A stretch of 64,000 bases of DNA from Enoplolaimus lenunculus (taxonomy: Eukaryota). The DNA lies in the NCBI GenBank assembly GCA_030248215.1, contig JASANG010000753.1:1-64000 (forward strand), read 5' to 3'. Position 1 is the first letter of the stretch, and every line of letters begins with the position of its first letter. A program made the translations under genes and the position numbers. The notes below the pieces were generated by a model that made no database searches, was not told where the DNA came from, and saw nothing but the letters and a program-made list of their open reading frames with translations. Positions 23,297 to 35,312 of this stretch are shown here, piece by piece.

Positions 23297-26200
23297 TTAC
23301 ATCGCGTCAAAATGAAACCGATGTGACGCTTGCAATTTTTCGCGTTTATCAATTTGTTTCTCGCGAATTTGCAGAATAACAATTAGCAGCAAAATTACAC
23401 CGCAAACACACAGCAACGCTGCAAAACTGAGCAAAATTAGCCGGCTTGGAGTGACAAATAACCGTGACATCCAACGAGAAGGTTCTCTTAACGGGTAAGG
23501 GATGACATAAAGCCTTGAATTCGGAATTATCTGAGGCCACGTTCGATTTGCAGGGTAATCTGCGTTTGGAACAGCTACAATAAGTTTCTCGATAAAATTG
23601 CTATATTGACCAAGTCCAAAAACGGCGTACGGGACTTGCAGCGCACGATGAATCGTTTGCGACAACTGACAACCGGACGAACTACGATGTGAGCCGTCGA
23701 AATTTGACGAATCATAGCGCACGCAAGAGCCAGGCAAACTTACACCCGAACCTTCTTTACCCGACGCACAATCTGCGACACCGCAAACGCCAGAGTAAAC
23801 CTGAAACCAACAGAAAATCTACATTGCCGCACAGCGGTTTGAATATCGAGAAAATCTCCACGACACTGCACTAACTGCCGTCTCAACAGACCGGAAGAAA
23901 CCCTATTTGCGGCTGCGGCAGACGGACTTGGATACAAATGGCGATTGGCTATGACAACAACAGTAAAATAAACATTTAATATCCCGCTGCGCTATCTTTA
24001 CTATAACCCTTACAGATGGTATGGGAGTAAAACTATAAATTTATACTACTACACGTTCATTACGCCTAATAGAACATTTGACTAGGAGGACCTATAAAAT
24101 GCTCATACTACATATGTACACGTCAAGCGTGGCACCAATTTGTTACAGATAAACTAGTCTCAGAGATTTCGCGATATTTACGAAGCATTGTATTCCTTGC
24201 TCATCGGCATTTGCCAACCACTCTCACTACGCGCTATACACAGCTGAAATTACACTTTGCGCTTACCTGAACTTTCAAAAAGCACGTATCCCCTTTATCA
24301 TCCGCATCCATCAAATGCACGAATGGCTCTTTGCTTTCGCTGCCAACAGCTTCTACAATCACATTCAAGCTTCCATCTTCGTCCAAATCCAAAAAAGTCG
24401 CAGCACTTGCAGTGTGATAGCCACCAAGCTGTTTCCAAACAACCTAAAACAAAAAGAAATGTTACTACAACCTGCTTGATAGGAGTTGAACGAAGTATAC
24501 AATTTGAACAGCACTCACATTAATCATTCCATTCTTCTACGTAACACCTTTTAAACTTTGACTTCCTTATGCTGCAAAGAAAGAATAAAAACCAAAAACT
24601 ACAAAAACTAAAATCAGTTGGTGATAGCTGCTACACACATTTGAAAATACGGGCCCTGGTAATAAGTGCTACACACATTTGAGAATCAGAACAAAAGACT
24701 AACCTGGAACCGGCGAAACTTTGACGAAACACAATTTCCAACCGGATTAGCGCTGAGTAGATGCTTTGAATCAGCTGGTATACCATCATCATTATCATCC
24801 GACAAACCCAATTTTTCCGATATCGTATCCAGTGGGCCGGTATTTTCAATTTCAGAAATGCACGGAATGTTTCGAATTAAAAACGCACTTCGTTCACCAG
24901 AAGTGACACTTTGAAGTATGACGGCCAAATCTGGATATCCAGAACGATCGAAATCACCTGGTCGTAGTGTCATGCCTGTATCAATTGCAAAATATGGCTT
25001 GCGCTAAACTTTTCGGTGCAGCGTAACGCGGTCCGTCTCCGCGCATACCAAATTAAAATATATTCTACATGTGACGAGCGTCGGCTTGCGGCGCCGGGCG
25101 TCGAGCATAGCTATCACAACCCTGATGCCACGAAAATGTATTAAAATTCAAAATTAATGCAGAGCCATTACTGTTGTTAGAAACATCGAAGAAACTGAAG
25201 AGTGTTTTAAATATACATAGTGAAAACTGACCATACAGCCGCAAGCCGGCCAGCCTATTACTAGCGTTGGTAACTGAAAAATATTTCAAAAACAAATTTC
25301 GCACAATAAAACCCTCTATTTCCCCTAGAAATACGGATCTTAAACTATCACCAATCAAAGCACGTCTTTTTACCGCAGCCAAAGCAAGGAAAACTATACA
25401 ATACCAATTAACCCTACGGTCAGAATGCCGCAAACAAACAGCCAGCCAGCCAGCCAAACAAACAAACAAACAAACAAACAAACAAACAAACAAACAAACA
25501 AACAAACAAAGAGCAGACCAAAGGAATAAAAACAAACGAAACAAACAAACGAATAAACAAACAAACAAACAACCAACCAACCAACCAACAAGTAAGCATA
25601 TAAGTAAACAACCATTCCAACTAACCAACCAGAAAACAACAAACCAACCAACCAAAAACAACCAACAAACAACAAACTCTTACCTTCAAGCGCTACAAAA
25701 CCATCGCCGTCAACATCGGGCGTAACTAGCGACCACTGTTGCGATTTCGAGTCTCCGACCGCAATCGGAGCTGTGAGATTCAACAGTACAGATTGCCACG
25801 ACCCAGGAGTCCCATCATTTTTGCTGGGTTCATGAAACCAAAACAACAATCGAGCACTCTCGTAGCATCGTTTCGCTGAACTACGTTCACAAACCGGTAC
25901 CATCAAATCAATTTGACCATCGAGGTCAAAATCAGCAAATGACCACGGTCCAATGTACAAATCTGATTCGGACAGCTGTGATAATTTGAACAACTCTCGA
26001 TTATCGGCTTTTTGTGACAATTCTTCAAACGGTGACGGAATTTCGTTGGGTTTCTGCTGCCAAACGTTTTCACGACTTGACCATGACCAAACCTGTAAAA
26101 TATAATAGGCTTTTAACCATTTTTAATGCAGAAAGAAAGGGTAAACATATACGTATCTGTGCTATAAATATTCAATATTCAAGCACTTTTAATTTAAATA

Positions 26201-27325
26201 GTAAATTACATTCAACGAATGATGTTTTCGTACAAAAACAGCTGAACTCAAACTTGAAGATTTTGCGATCAAATTTGTGATAATCATCAAATATTTAGAT
26301 TAGCGAAGGCAAAGCATAATTGAATTTTTCCACTACACAACAACAGTGCATAACATCTTTCATCCGTCAAAACATATACCGCCCATATATACCGGCCTTC
26401 CGCTACATTAAAGCCCAAAATCACAGCGTTAAAACCCCTCACTTACCTCAAATCCAAGCTTCCCACCTTCCAGGGTTCGACACACCACTTCTGGCACCAA
26501 ATCGCCGTCAACGTCTACCCACGCAACTGGAGCTACCGGATCCAAAGACGCTGGCGCCTTCAGTTTCTCACCTTTCGCACCCCCAGACTCGTTTTCCGAG
26601 CCTAGACAGGGCCGGGCAGATCCAGTCAAATTTCGATCCGTTCCACCAACAAAACAAATCCTTTGTCCATCTTCGCTTATCGCCATTAAATCGTCCACGT
26701 CGTCCATATTAATGTTCACAATCGCAGGTTGCGTTCTCAGCGCTACAAGCATTGTTGGCTTTTGCTCGTGGCTAGCTTCCGCTCGGCCCGCGTCCCGATT
26801 CAGACCCGACCCTTCGTTTCCGCTCCTCCCAGCGCCCGCCGAATTAAACCCAGTCGGTGAACCCCAATAGACAAACGCGTCATAAACCAACTCACCTATA
26901 GCAGCCTTCGGATCTCTTACAATAGTCACAATTAAATCCGCAAACGAGTCCCCGTCGAAATCCGCTAGAGCTGCATTCACTATTACTCGACTAGACTGCT
27001 CACTATCCGGCGGCGGCAGAGTGACTCCATGCTGAACGTCAACAAAAAACAAATACTCACCAAACATTCGATCCGATGCTGACAAGTACGCATCGACCCG
27101 AGTAGAATTTCTTGCTAGCAACAAATCAACATACTGGTCATGGTTTAAATCAGCAAAACTTAACAGCCGGCCAGGATAGTCATTGCTTGCGTTTGCTGAT
27201 GTTAGACACGCCGTTAGTAAAGTGGCAGTAAGCCACCTTATAGCCGTTGCTGTTACATGGCTTGAACCGCTACCACGGAACGTAAACGTTTCACGTCGTA
27301 CGCAGTTGGTGTTAAACTCGACCAT
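23297..27325 (-). CDS. ITFG1: T-cell immunomodulatory protein / integrin-alpha FG-GAP repeat protein 1 (LINKIN), 5 exons, ~746 aa
   Basis: Exons 27325-26447, 26092-25684, 24975-24704, 24443-24267, 23800-23297 with consistent phases. Signal-peptide-like segment, repeated D-x-D/N-x-DG FG-GAP Ca-binding motifs (ADFDGDSFADL, ADFDLDGQIDL, GDFDRSGYPDL), SRLYVIPYP, C-terminal TM helix and the family-diagnostic tail HRFHFDAM. Confidence 0.95.
25432..25676. repeat. (AAAC)n/(AACC)n microsatellite in ITFG1 intron 2
   Basis: Read directly; accounts for the spurious VCLF/TNKQ ORFs. Confidence 0.9.
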
Positions 27326-27454
27326 AAAAGATCTCGTAAAATTTAATCAATTCGTTAATGATTACGTCAACAACATTAAACTGTTAACTTCTGAAACGTT
27401 ACATAAAAGCAGGGTTGATTTTTCCGGAAAAATTGAAAATCATGTACTAATGCT

Positions 27455-27466
27455 TGCGCAGGCGCA
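27455..27466. promoter_or_regulatory. NRF-1/EWG-type palindromic site upstream of ITFG1
   Basis: TGCGCAGGCGCA lies ~130 bp upstream of the ITFG1 ATG, with nearby TTCCGG (ETS-like) and ATTGG/CCAAT boxes. Confidence 0.4.
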
Positions 27467-28500
27467 AAGACGTTATTGGATGATTTGTCTATTGAAAAAG
27501 TGACATTGGCAGAATCAAATGACTATTTTGCCGTTGGTTTTTTCCGGTGCCCAAATGAAATATTAAAAACCGTAGCATACTCAGCTTAAACACACAAACA
27601 TACCAGTTACACAACTCTACTGACCGTAATCAAAACTGAAGCAGGTTGGCGCAACGTTAGCGGTACATCCAAGCACGATAATTATAAAGGACGTTACGTT
27701 AAGCGGCGTAACAGTTGACTAAGCGTATTCCTAAGCGTTGCAAAAATGCGTTCCTAACCCTAAACAAAAAATCCAATCTAGAATCTAAACCTACTTTGTT
27801 ATAGACCCAACCGAAACATGGACGCCCCTTAAAGTAACATGGGCTATTATAAAACACAAAATTTTCAATTTCACAAGATAATTTTAGAAATTAAAAATAG
27901 GTACACTGCAGTTTCAATTTGGCCAAGCTCACCTGTTTTAGAACACGTATAGTAGCTCAAAGAAACAGACTATTACTTTTAGGGCCGTAACAGTAGATTA
28001 AGCGTATTTCTGAACCCTCAGCGTTGCAAAAGTGTATTCCTAAAAACCCAAGGCCTACTCTTTGACAAACCCTCCAGAAACTGGGACGACCCTAAAAATA
28101 ACATTTGTGAAGAAACGCATACCAGTTGTTACTCACTGATACTTATCAATGCAACATTATTTATGCAACGAAAGCCTTTGAGTTACGAAGTTTACTGTAC
28201 AGAAAGAACATAATATTATCGCAATAAGTTATAGATGCAATAAATATCATAGTAACCACATTTTTACAGTACCAACCGCAAGGTTTAGACCAAACCTTTT
28301 AATTTAAAATTTTGCAAGGTATTCAAGAGCCATTGCGGTTTTTGAATAGCTTAAGCATCCAACGAAAAGTACAAAAAGCTGCGTAAAAATGAACTTAATA
28401 CAAAGTTGGCACTCGTTTTCAGAGAGAGGAACGCTTGCTTTCTCTGAAATTTTAGCAGAATTCTGTGTGAAGTAAACAAGTATAAATACCACATTTTTAA

Positions 28501-31500
28501 TCAAAAATAAAGTCGCTTCGCGTTTGCAATTGTTCCATCAATCGGACAGTACGGACACTTGAGCCTGAAATGAAATACTTTACAGTATACATTTCTTCCA
28601 TTTCATTAGAAATCCAAGCGCAAACAGGAAAATGAACGAAGTGCTTAAACGGAGAGTTTAAAACGATCAGCCAAATTGTAACACAATAACGTTGATTCCA
28701 AAAGGAATGCAACACCTAAGTCCGTATTCTCAAATGTGTGTAGCACAAATAACCAGTTTTTGATAGGTCCTGGAAGTTTGGAATCAGCGCATTATGAGGT
28801 TCGAAATTCCGTATACCGCTCGCGTTTGATTAGCTCTACTTGTGGATCAAGTTCGAAACCTATCGTTAACTAAGTGATAATAGGTGCTATACGCATTTCA
28901 GAATATGGGCCCAAAAATTAAATACCAACACAGTTAGTTACATTTAGTTTCATTTACAAAATGCAAAAACTGAGCCCGTATTTTAAAATGCGTGCAGCCC
29001 GCATCATCACTTTTGATAAGTCATGTATGCAGCTTTCGATCCAGGAAATGGAGAAGTTCGAAAGCTAACAGACGTTTAGGCCCATATTACTTTTAGGGGC
29101 GTCCAGGTTTCTGGTTGGTCTATAAAAGTAGGTTTAGATTCAACATTACCTTTTTTCTTAGGCTTAGGCTTAGGAACTAATTTTTGCAACGCTTAGGGTT
29201 AAGAATACGCTTAATCTATAGTTACGCCCCTAAAAGTAACATTGACCGAGGATTAAACATGTATTCTATTGCTACTGCGTCAATTTTGAGATCATAAATC
29301 CCAGCAATCTCCCTTAGGTACAAGTTGAATAATGCCAAAATGATCGCTGTTTATTACAGAATATTTAAAAAATAAACAAACTACAGCAACCTCAAGACTC
29401 ACTTGTTTCCAGCTGCGAGCGTTTGCATTGCATCTCGGGAGATCACATGTCCACAAACTAGACGCATTGGTGGATTTGAATCTAACGATTGTTGGCGTAA
29501 GATCGGGCATGTGAATATTGAATGAAATTGGCATTCAGGACCGAGATCGATATCAACCTAAAGATAAATGAAAATTAACATCTGGTCGGACAACAAAAAA
29601 CATTTTGCCTTGTACACATCACACAAACTCCAAGCTATTAAGCCTTCCTTTAAGGTTTTAATTTACATACGACAGCCTACAAATCCAAAATTTAATTTCA
29701 TACCAAAACGGTAAATAATTACTGAGAAGACTATGAGCCAACGTTAAGTTTAATTTAATCTTTTGTGTGGAGCTGCATCCAAGACACCATCAGTAACGTA
29801 GACTAAAACGATACGCCACATTGTCTATAAGGCTAACGTAACACAATTCTCACTATCACAGTTGTATACTATTAATGCATCATAATATGCGGCTTAAAAT
29901 GCTTGAGTATTGACTTTTTCAAACCCATCTACCGCTGGTCCATATGAGTTCTACACCGAATTAAAGTTAATTTACTGGAAGCTCATCTTCAATACGATAG
30001 ACTTCGTTTGTTTGAGTTGCCATTTTTTGACGAATATCAAGCAACACAGGAATTGCTATGGTTCCTGCGTTTAGTCTAAAATACAAAGAGAATGCGGTCA
30101 ATCTTCAGCAACCTATTTTGATTCAGAAATGAAATATTTTGCCGAGACTGGAGCAGGAACCGGAATTTAAAATAATTTTCAACACAGAATTACTGTTTTA
30201 CATTTTAGTAAACTACTGAAAAACGTGCGTTAAGCGAGTTTATCGTGATTTCTTCTTCGTTTTCATCGTCCTTACAAAATCACTACTCAAGTATTTTCAT
30301 CTGACAACTTATTAGCTACACTAAACAAGATAAATAGTATCATTTTTGTACTTGTCTCTATATAACAATTTAGCAACTACCAAACTTTTTAATGTGTAAG
30401 CGATTTGGTACAACACCGTAAAATTTCCAATTCCTGCGTTCTGTAATGTGGGAACAGGAAAAGGAATTGATTTTCTGCAGTAATTACGGCAGAAACATAT
30501 CCGACATTGAAGTGCATGTGGCTCCAGTTTTTTTAGATGAACTGCTGCGGCCCTGAGCCACAGTTTACGAGGGAGTCAAACTTAATATGCTGAAGAAGCC
30601 GAATACTTACCGGTCAAAATTTTTTCAATTTATATTACAATCTACACATTTAAAAGCAACAGTCAACTTACATTACACTTAAAGGACTATTCACAGGCAG
30701 ACCCAACAGGGCACACGCGTCGTGCGTCAACATTTCTGATAATTCAGTCCACTGTAGAGCATCAGCAAGATATGCATACGGTGAGTTTTCGAGACCACGA
30801 GGCAAAAACATTAACGCACCCATAACAGCTTGGACTTCTATAAACAAAATAAACGATATTCAGAGTATGTAACGCATAATAGTTACGCGCGGTAATCCAG
30901 GGCCGAGCAATGGCAACGGTACATGATGTCACAGGTTACCGGGGCCATATCATGTTGTGAACAAGGCGAGAAAACATAAGATCTTAAAAACGATGAAATA
31001 TATTAAAATCTTTATCTCGAAACTGTAGCGTCCACTTAGTCCGTTGACGGTTGAAACTGAATTTAAGGTTGAAATATCTGCACTAGGTATATCAGTAGAC
31101 ATGAAACTGCAAAGTTGGTTCTCGTAGCAAGAAAGGCCTATTGGCCTAAACCACCAATCCATTGTCTATCAAGCATTCAGGGACTGTTACCAAACAATTT
31201 AATCCTCTTCATAGTTTTACATACATGGCAAGGTCAGATCTAGGGGCTCGAGACCCAGGGATCAAACAGCACTTTCAAACCCATACACAATTAAAAAATT
31301 TTCATTTCGGACCATCAAATCAGGACGAGAGAACCCGCTCAAACTGGTGGGAAATTTTCTGCTATAAGCAATGTATCAACCGAGATTGTAGGCTAGCAAA
31401 TTTTGGAAAATATTTTGTTATCTTAATTACAGGCATATGATAAAAGTTTTGCGAACTATTTAACTAACAACCAATCACATACGCAGAAAAAATAGCAGAC

Positions 31501-33845
31501 AACTGTAAAATAACTTTAAACATATTTAAAAACAGTTTTCAAAAATCTACAGAAAACATTTCTTAAAAATAGCAAAAAAACCCACCACTAGTATACTTGC
31601 TGGCAAACGGTTCAAACTTTTTCGCGTACGATAGCAACTCTGGTTGTTTTGAAACGCCACCTTTGAGCAATTCAACAAATTGTGCTTTGTGAAGCGAAAA
31701 TTCAAGTCTGCTGCCAATTTTGTTCAACTTTTGTCGGTTAGCTCCTGCCCATCTGAATTATACAATTAAATTATTACTGAAAATAAAAATTTAATTCACA
31801 ATAAAAAAGCTGCACTATCTGATGTGTAGCAAAAATAGATTTGACATAAAAGAATCTACTTTATCTATGCACTACGCATGTTATATAGATTTGTTCATGA
31901 AGCACCCTTAAGGTGGCGCTATAGGCTTTGTTTGATAACAAAAATATTTCCAGTATATAACTCTCATGTCCGTAATTGGACCACGCATCACGACAAATAT
32001 AGCACAGCAACACCCCTAGCGTATACACTTGTTAACACGCTACACTGCATATTTATATGTAAACTTTTCCGATATACATAACTCACTCTAACGCAGGTCC
32101 CAAATCATTGGATTTCATAGCTTCCAAAATGCGATTAATCTCAACAAATTCCTTTTTGCACTTTTCGTCAACCAATACGTTTGATTCCTGAAGCCAAACG
32201 ACGATGCAAATACAGTTTGCAAAACAGTAACACATTACTTTGGTCTCCCCTGTGGGAAAATAAAAATGATTTCACATCCGAGCTCCATCAGTCAAATACA
32301 GTTGACCTCCCCTCAACTTTTTCACTAAGACTGAACTGAAACACAAAAATTTCCCTCTGTTTGTGGGACGCTTGACCCCCTCAACCCCGCTTAACAGCAG
32401 CCAACAGAAGTGCTGATACCCCGCACCATTTTCTTTGTCCAAGCGCTTAATGTTAATATCTAACAAAAATTCTGTTTGCTAGCTGCTTTAGCATCATATA
32501 TTCTGTATACAGCTAAACCAACCTAAACACAACTCACGGTGAAGTTAGATCACCGACGGAATAATTAACGTCAGACGAGAGTACTGAATATTTTTGACCT
32601 CTGCATTAAATGTGCAGCCAGTAAAAATGTTTCGAGGCTTTACAAAAACTTCCTGGCGATATAAGCCTCACTCCCCTCGTTCACACTCCAGCCTCTAATT
32701 TGTGTTATAGCATACACCTTTACCTTTGCAAGCAATTCAGCAACTTCCAAATGACCATGAGTCATCAAATGTTGTGATACTAAACGATCCACTTTCTCAC
32801 GCAGAGCTGGGTCGTGTTCGTAGTGAAATTGTTTGGAACAAGCATCCCCAGGATTTGCATTGAAGTTCTAAAAATGGTCATTATAAAATTACAAATGTGT
32901 CAAATATATATGTTTAGTGACTACAACTGCCATACGCACTAATATAGGGTAATTAATAGCATTTCGTAAGACCACTATACCCTGCATACAAAAAGTGACG
33001 GGTTTTCTAAAAGCCCGCTATTTAAGCAACTTCTTTGCGGGTAAATAAGTATTAAATAACTATTAGTTTGCGGAAAAACTGCACTTGTTTGCGGTTTACA
33101 AAACCTCTCAAATTTATGCTGCCTATAGCATATTGCTGTGTGAGATACACTTCTAATTTTATTGCAAAAGGGGGATTGCAAACTTGCCACATAAGCAGAA
33201 TAAATGCTAAAACTCAAGCTCAAACGCCAATGGAGATCAGATCTCGTCTAGTAAGGAATATAAAAACGTCAAAAAACCTTATCTATCTCGCGTCCAAACC
33301 TCGATACAGTTGTGTGAATAACCCGATGATCAGAACTAAGAGTTGGAAGCGTTTTCATTATGCGAGCGACAATGTTTTCCAATAACATAGCAGCATGAAT
33401 GCTCAACTCTGAATCTGACTCCAAATCTGAACAAAAATTGTTTAACACCATGTATGTAGGTACATTTTACAAAAATTATTTGCTTAAAATCACTAGCAGC
33501 TCAAAAATTTCCGTTAGGCATAGAATTTGTTCCGATTCTCTTTCGATGATTTAGTTTTTACACCCTAATATGCTTTGCATAGTAACATAAACAAAAACAG
33601 CTTATAAGCATTCTACAAAATCTGGAATTGCGCACTGTTAGGAGTGTAACACGTAGATATCGGTTTATTTTTGTAGGAGTAGAATGTTAGATTAATACTA
33701 CATACCTACCAAATAGAAGCTCATATTTAATCTGAAGCACTTGGGCGAGCAAGTTTTCCAACGAAGGTGTATGATTCTTCAAATAGTCAGCAAAAGCGCC
33801 GATCAACTTGTCGACAAGACCTTCTAACATTTCACAAGAATCCAT
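28501..33845 (-). CDS. RMND5: E3 ubiquitin-protein ligase RMND5/GID2 (CTLH complex RING subunit), 9 exons, 393 aa
   Basis: Exons 33845-33710, 33426-33278, 32867-32724, 32187-32087, 31752-31586, 30837-30672, 30075-29976, 29557-29403, 28564-28501 (1182 nt, all phases match). Peptides [90 protein letters not shown] match RMND5A/B. Mostly invisible in the ORF track because the exons are short. Confidence 0.95.
29079..29247 (+). mobile_element. Merlin-like TTAGGC MITE copy (subfamily b)
   Basis: GGCCCATATTACTTTTAGGGGCG ... CGCCCCTAAAAGTAACATTGACC with internal TTAGGC. Confidence 0.65.
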
Positions 33846-34379
33846 TATTTGTATGTAGAGGATGACATAAGTAACCTAGTAACGATAATAAAATCTGAAA
33901 TGCAATATACTGCAAGCCTCATTACAGTACATCCATTGCAGGTGGTGGATGTTTCAGTCGACCATCCGCCTTAACATCTATCAATTTGGTTAACGTTTTA
34001 ATGGAAATTACATTTACCGATACTTTACTGCACTCACTAGCTAGGAAAATATACAAAAAAAGTACCATTAAGCGTAGCGAACTTTTATATCTGGCTCTAT
34101 TAATATAACGTGATTCTTGCTTTGTTTTATGCTTAATCTCAAATTACTTTTACACTGTCTGATTGCAATATGGTAAGCTTAAGCTTCCAACTATGTTTTT
34201 GTTTTAGGCTTAGGCTTTTAGGTGCTTAGGAATATACTTTAAGTACTACTGTTACGGCCCTGTTCTATATTGCATTGGCCTAACATAACACGGAGGAACA
34301 CGAGATGAAAAATACCCGAACTTAAGCTGGTTTACGACCGATTGCATACCCTGAGTATAGATCGCGAAATTCGGATTTG

Positions 34380-34594
34380 CACTGCAAAAAATGGCGAGTC
34401 AAATTGACTCTCTCCGAAATAGACACTACGGACCTACTTTTACGCAAACATAAGAAAAATTCGACACCGCCAGAGTCAAACGTGCAACTTAGTGAGTCGA
34501 ATGTGACTCTGTCGGAGTCGAATTTGACACAGTTTGCGTAGTCCGTATAGAGCCTATTTAGGATAATCAATTTGACTCGTAACTTTTTGCAGCG
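34380..34594. mobile_element. CACTG palindromic MITE copy
   Basis: Same family, more diverged. Confidence 0.65.
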
Positions 34595-35122
34595 TGTGCG
34601 CAGCTTTTTGCAGCGTGTGCGCAGCTTTTTTCTCTCGGGATTTTCGGAAATCGGGATTTACGGAAATTGGGATATTACCCAGAAATTGGGTGAAAAATTC
34701 GGATATTACTCGGGAAATTGCGATATTGGGCGTAGCCTTTTTCGATCGGGATTATGGAAAATTGGAATTTTAGAAAAACCAAATATTACCCGATAAATTG
34801 CGACTTTGGGCGCAGCGTTTTTCAATCGGCATTTGAGAATTTGAGATAGATACACGAAAAATTGTGATTTTGAGAAATTCGGATATTACACGGGAAATTA
34901 CGTTTTCGCTATACCACCCGTCCTACCTTAGTTAAAACTTGCAAGGTAAGGTTTTCGACCAAGATACTGATTATCATATGCTTAGTTTTGTGGAGTTCCA
35001 AACTGATCGGTAAACATATTTTGACAACTTTTGATTTTATTTACATGTTTAACATCCTACGTACACTGTATGACCCAAAAACGCTCATTGTCAGGCAAGC
35101 TAAAGCATTTTATTACAGTTTT

Positions 35123-35312
35123 GGTCCATGCATAAAACAGTGCCGGATCGTTTTCCGACGGGGCTGTGTAATAGAATCAGTTTAAACTTAGACTAACTTT
35201 TGTTGCTTTAGGCTTAGGCTTAGGACTAGGCACATCCTTTACGCTGAGGCTTATGTTTAGGCTTTAGGAATATGCTTATACTACTGTTCCGGCCCTGTTC
35301 TATACATGGGCC
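35123..35312 (+). mobile_element. Merlin-like TTAGGC MITE copy (subfamily c)
   Basis: Matches 12468-12706 in TIRs and interior. Confidence 0.65.

Noticed and set aside
25065..25725. ORFs of 150-200 aa with VCLF or TNKQ repeats
   Set aside because: Translations of the intronic (AAAC)n microsatellite in ITFG1 intron 2.
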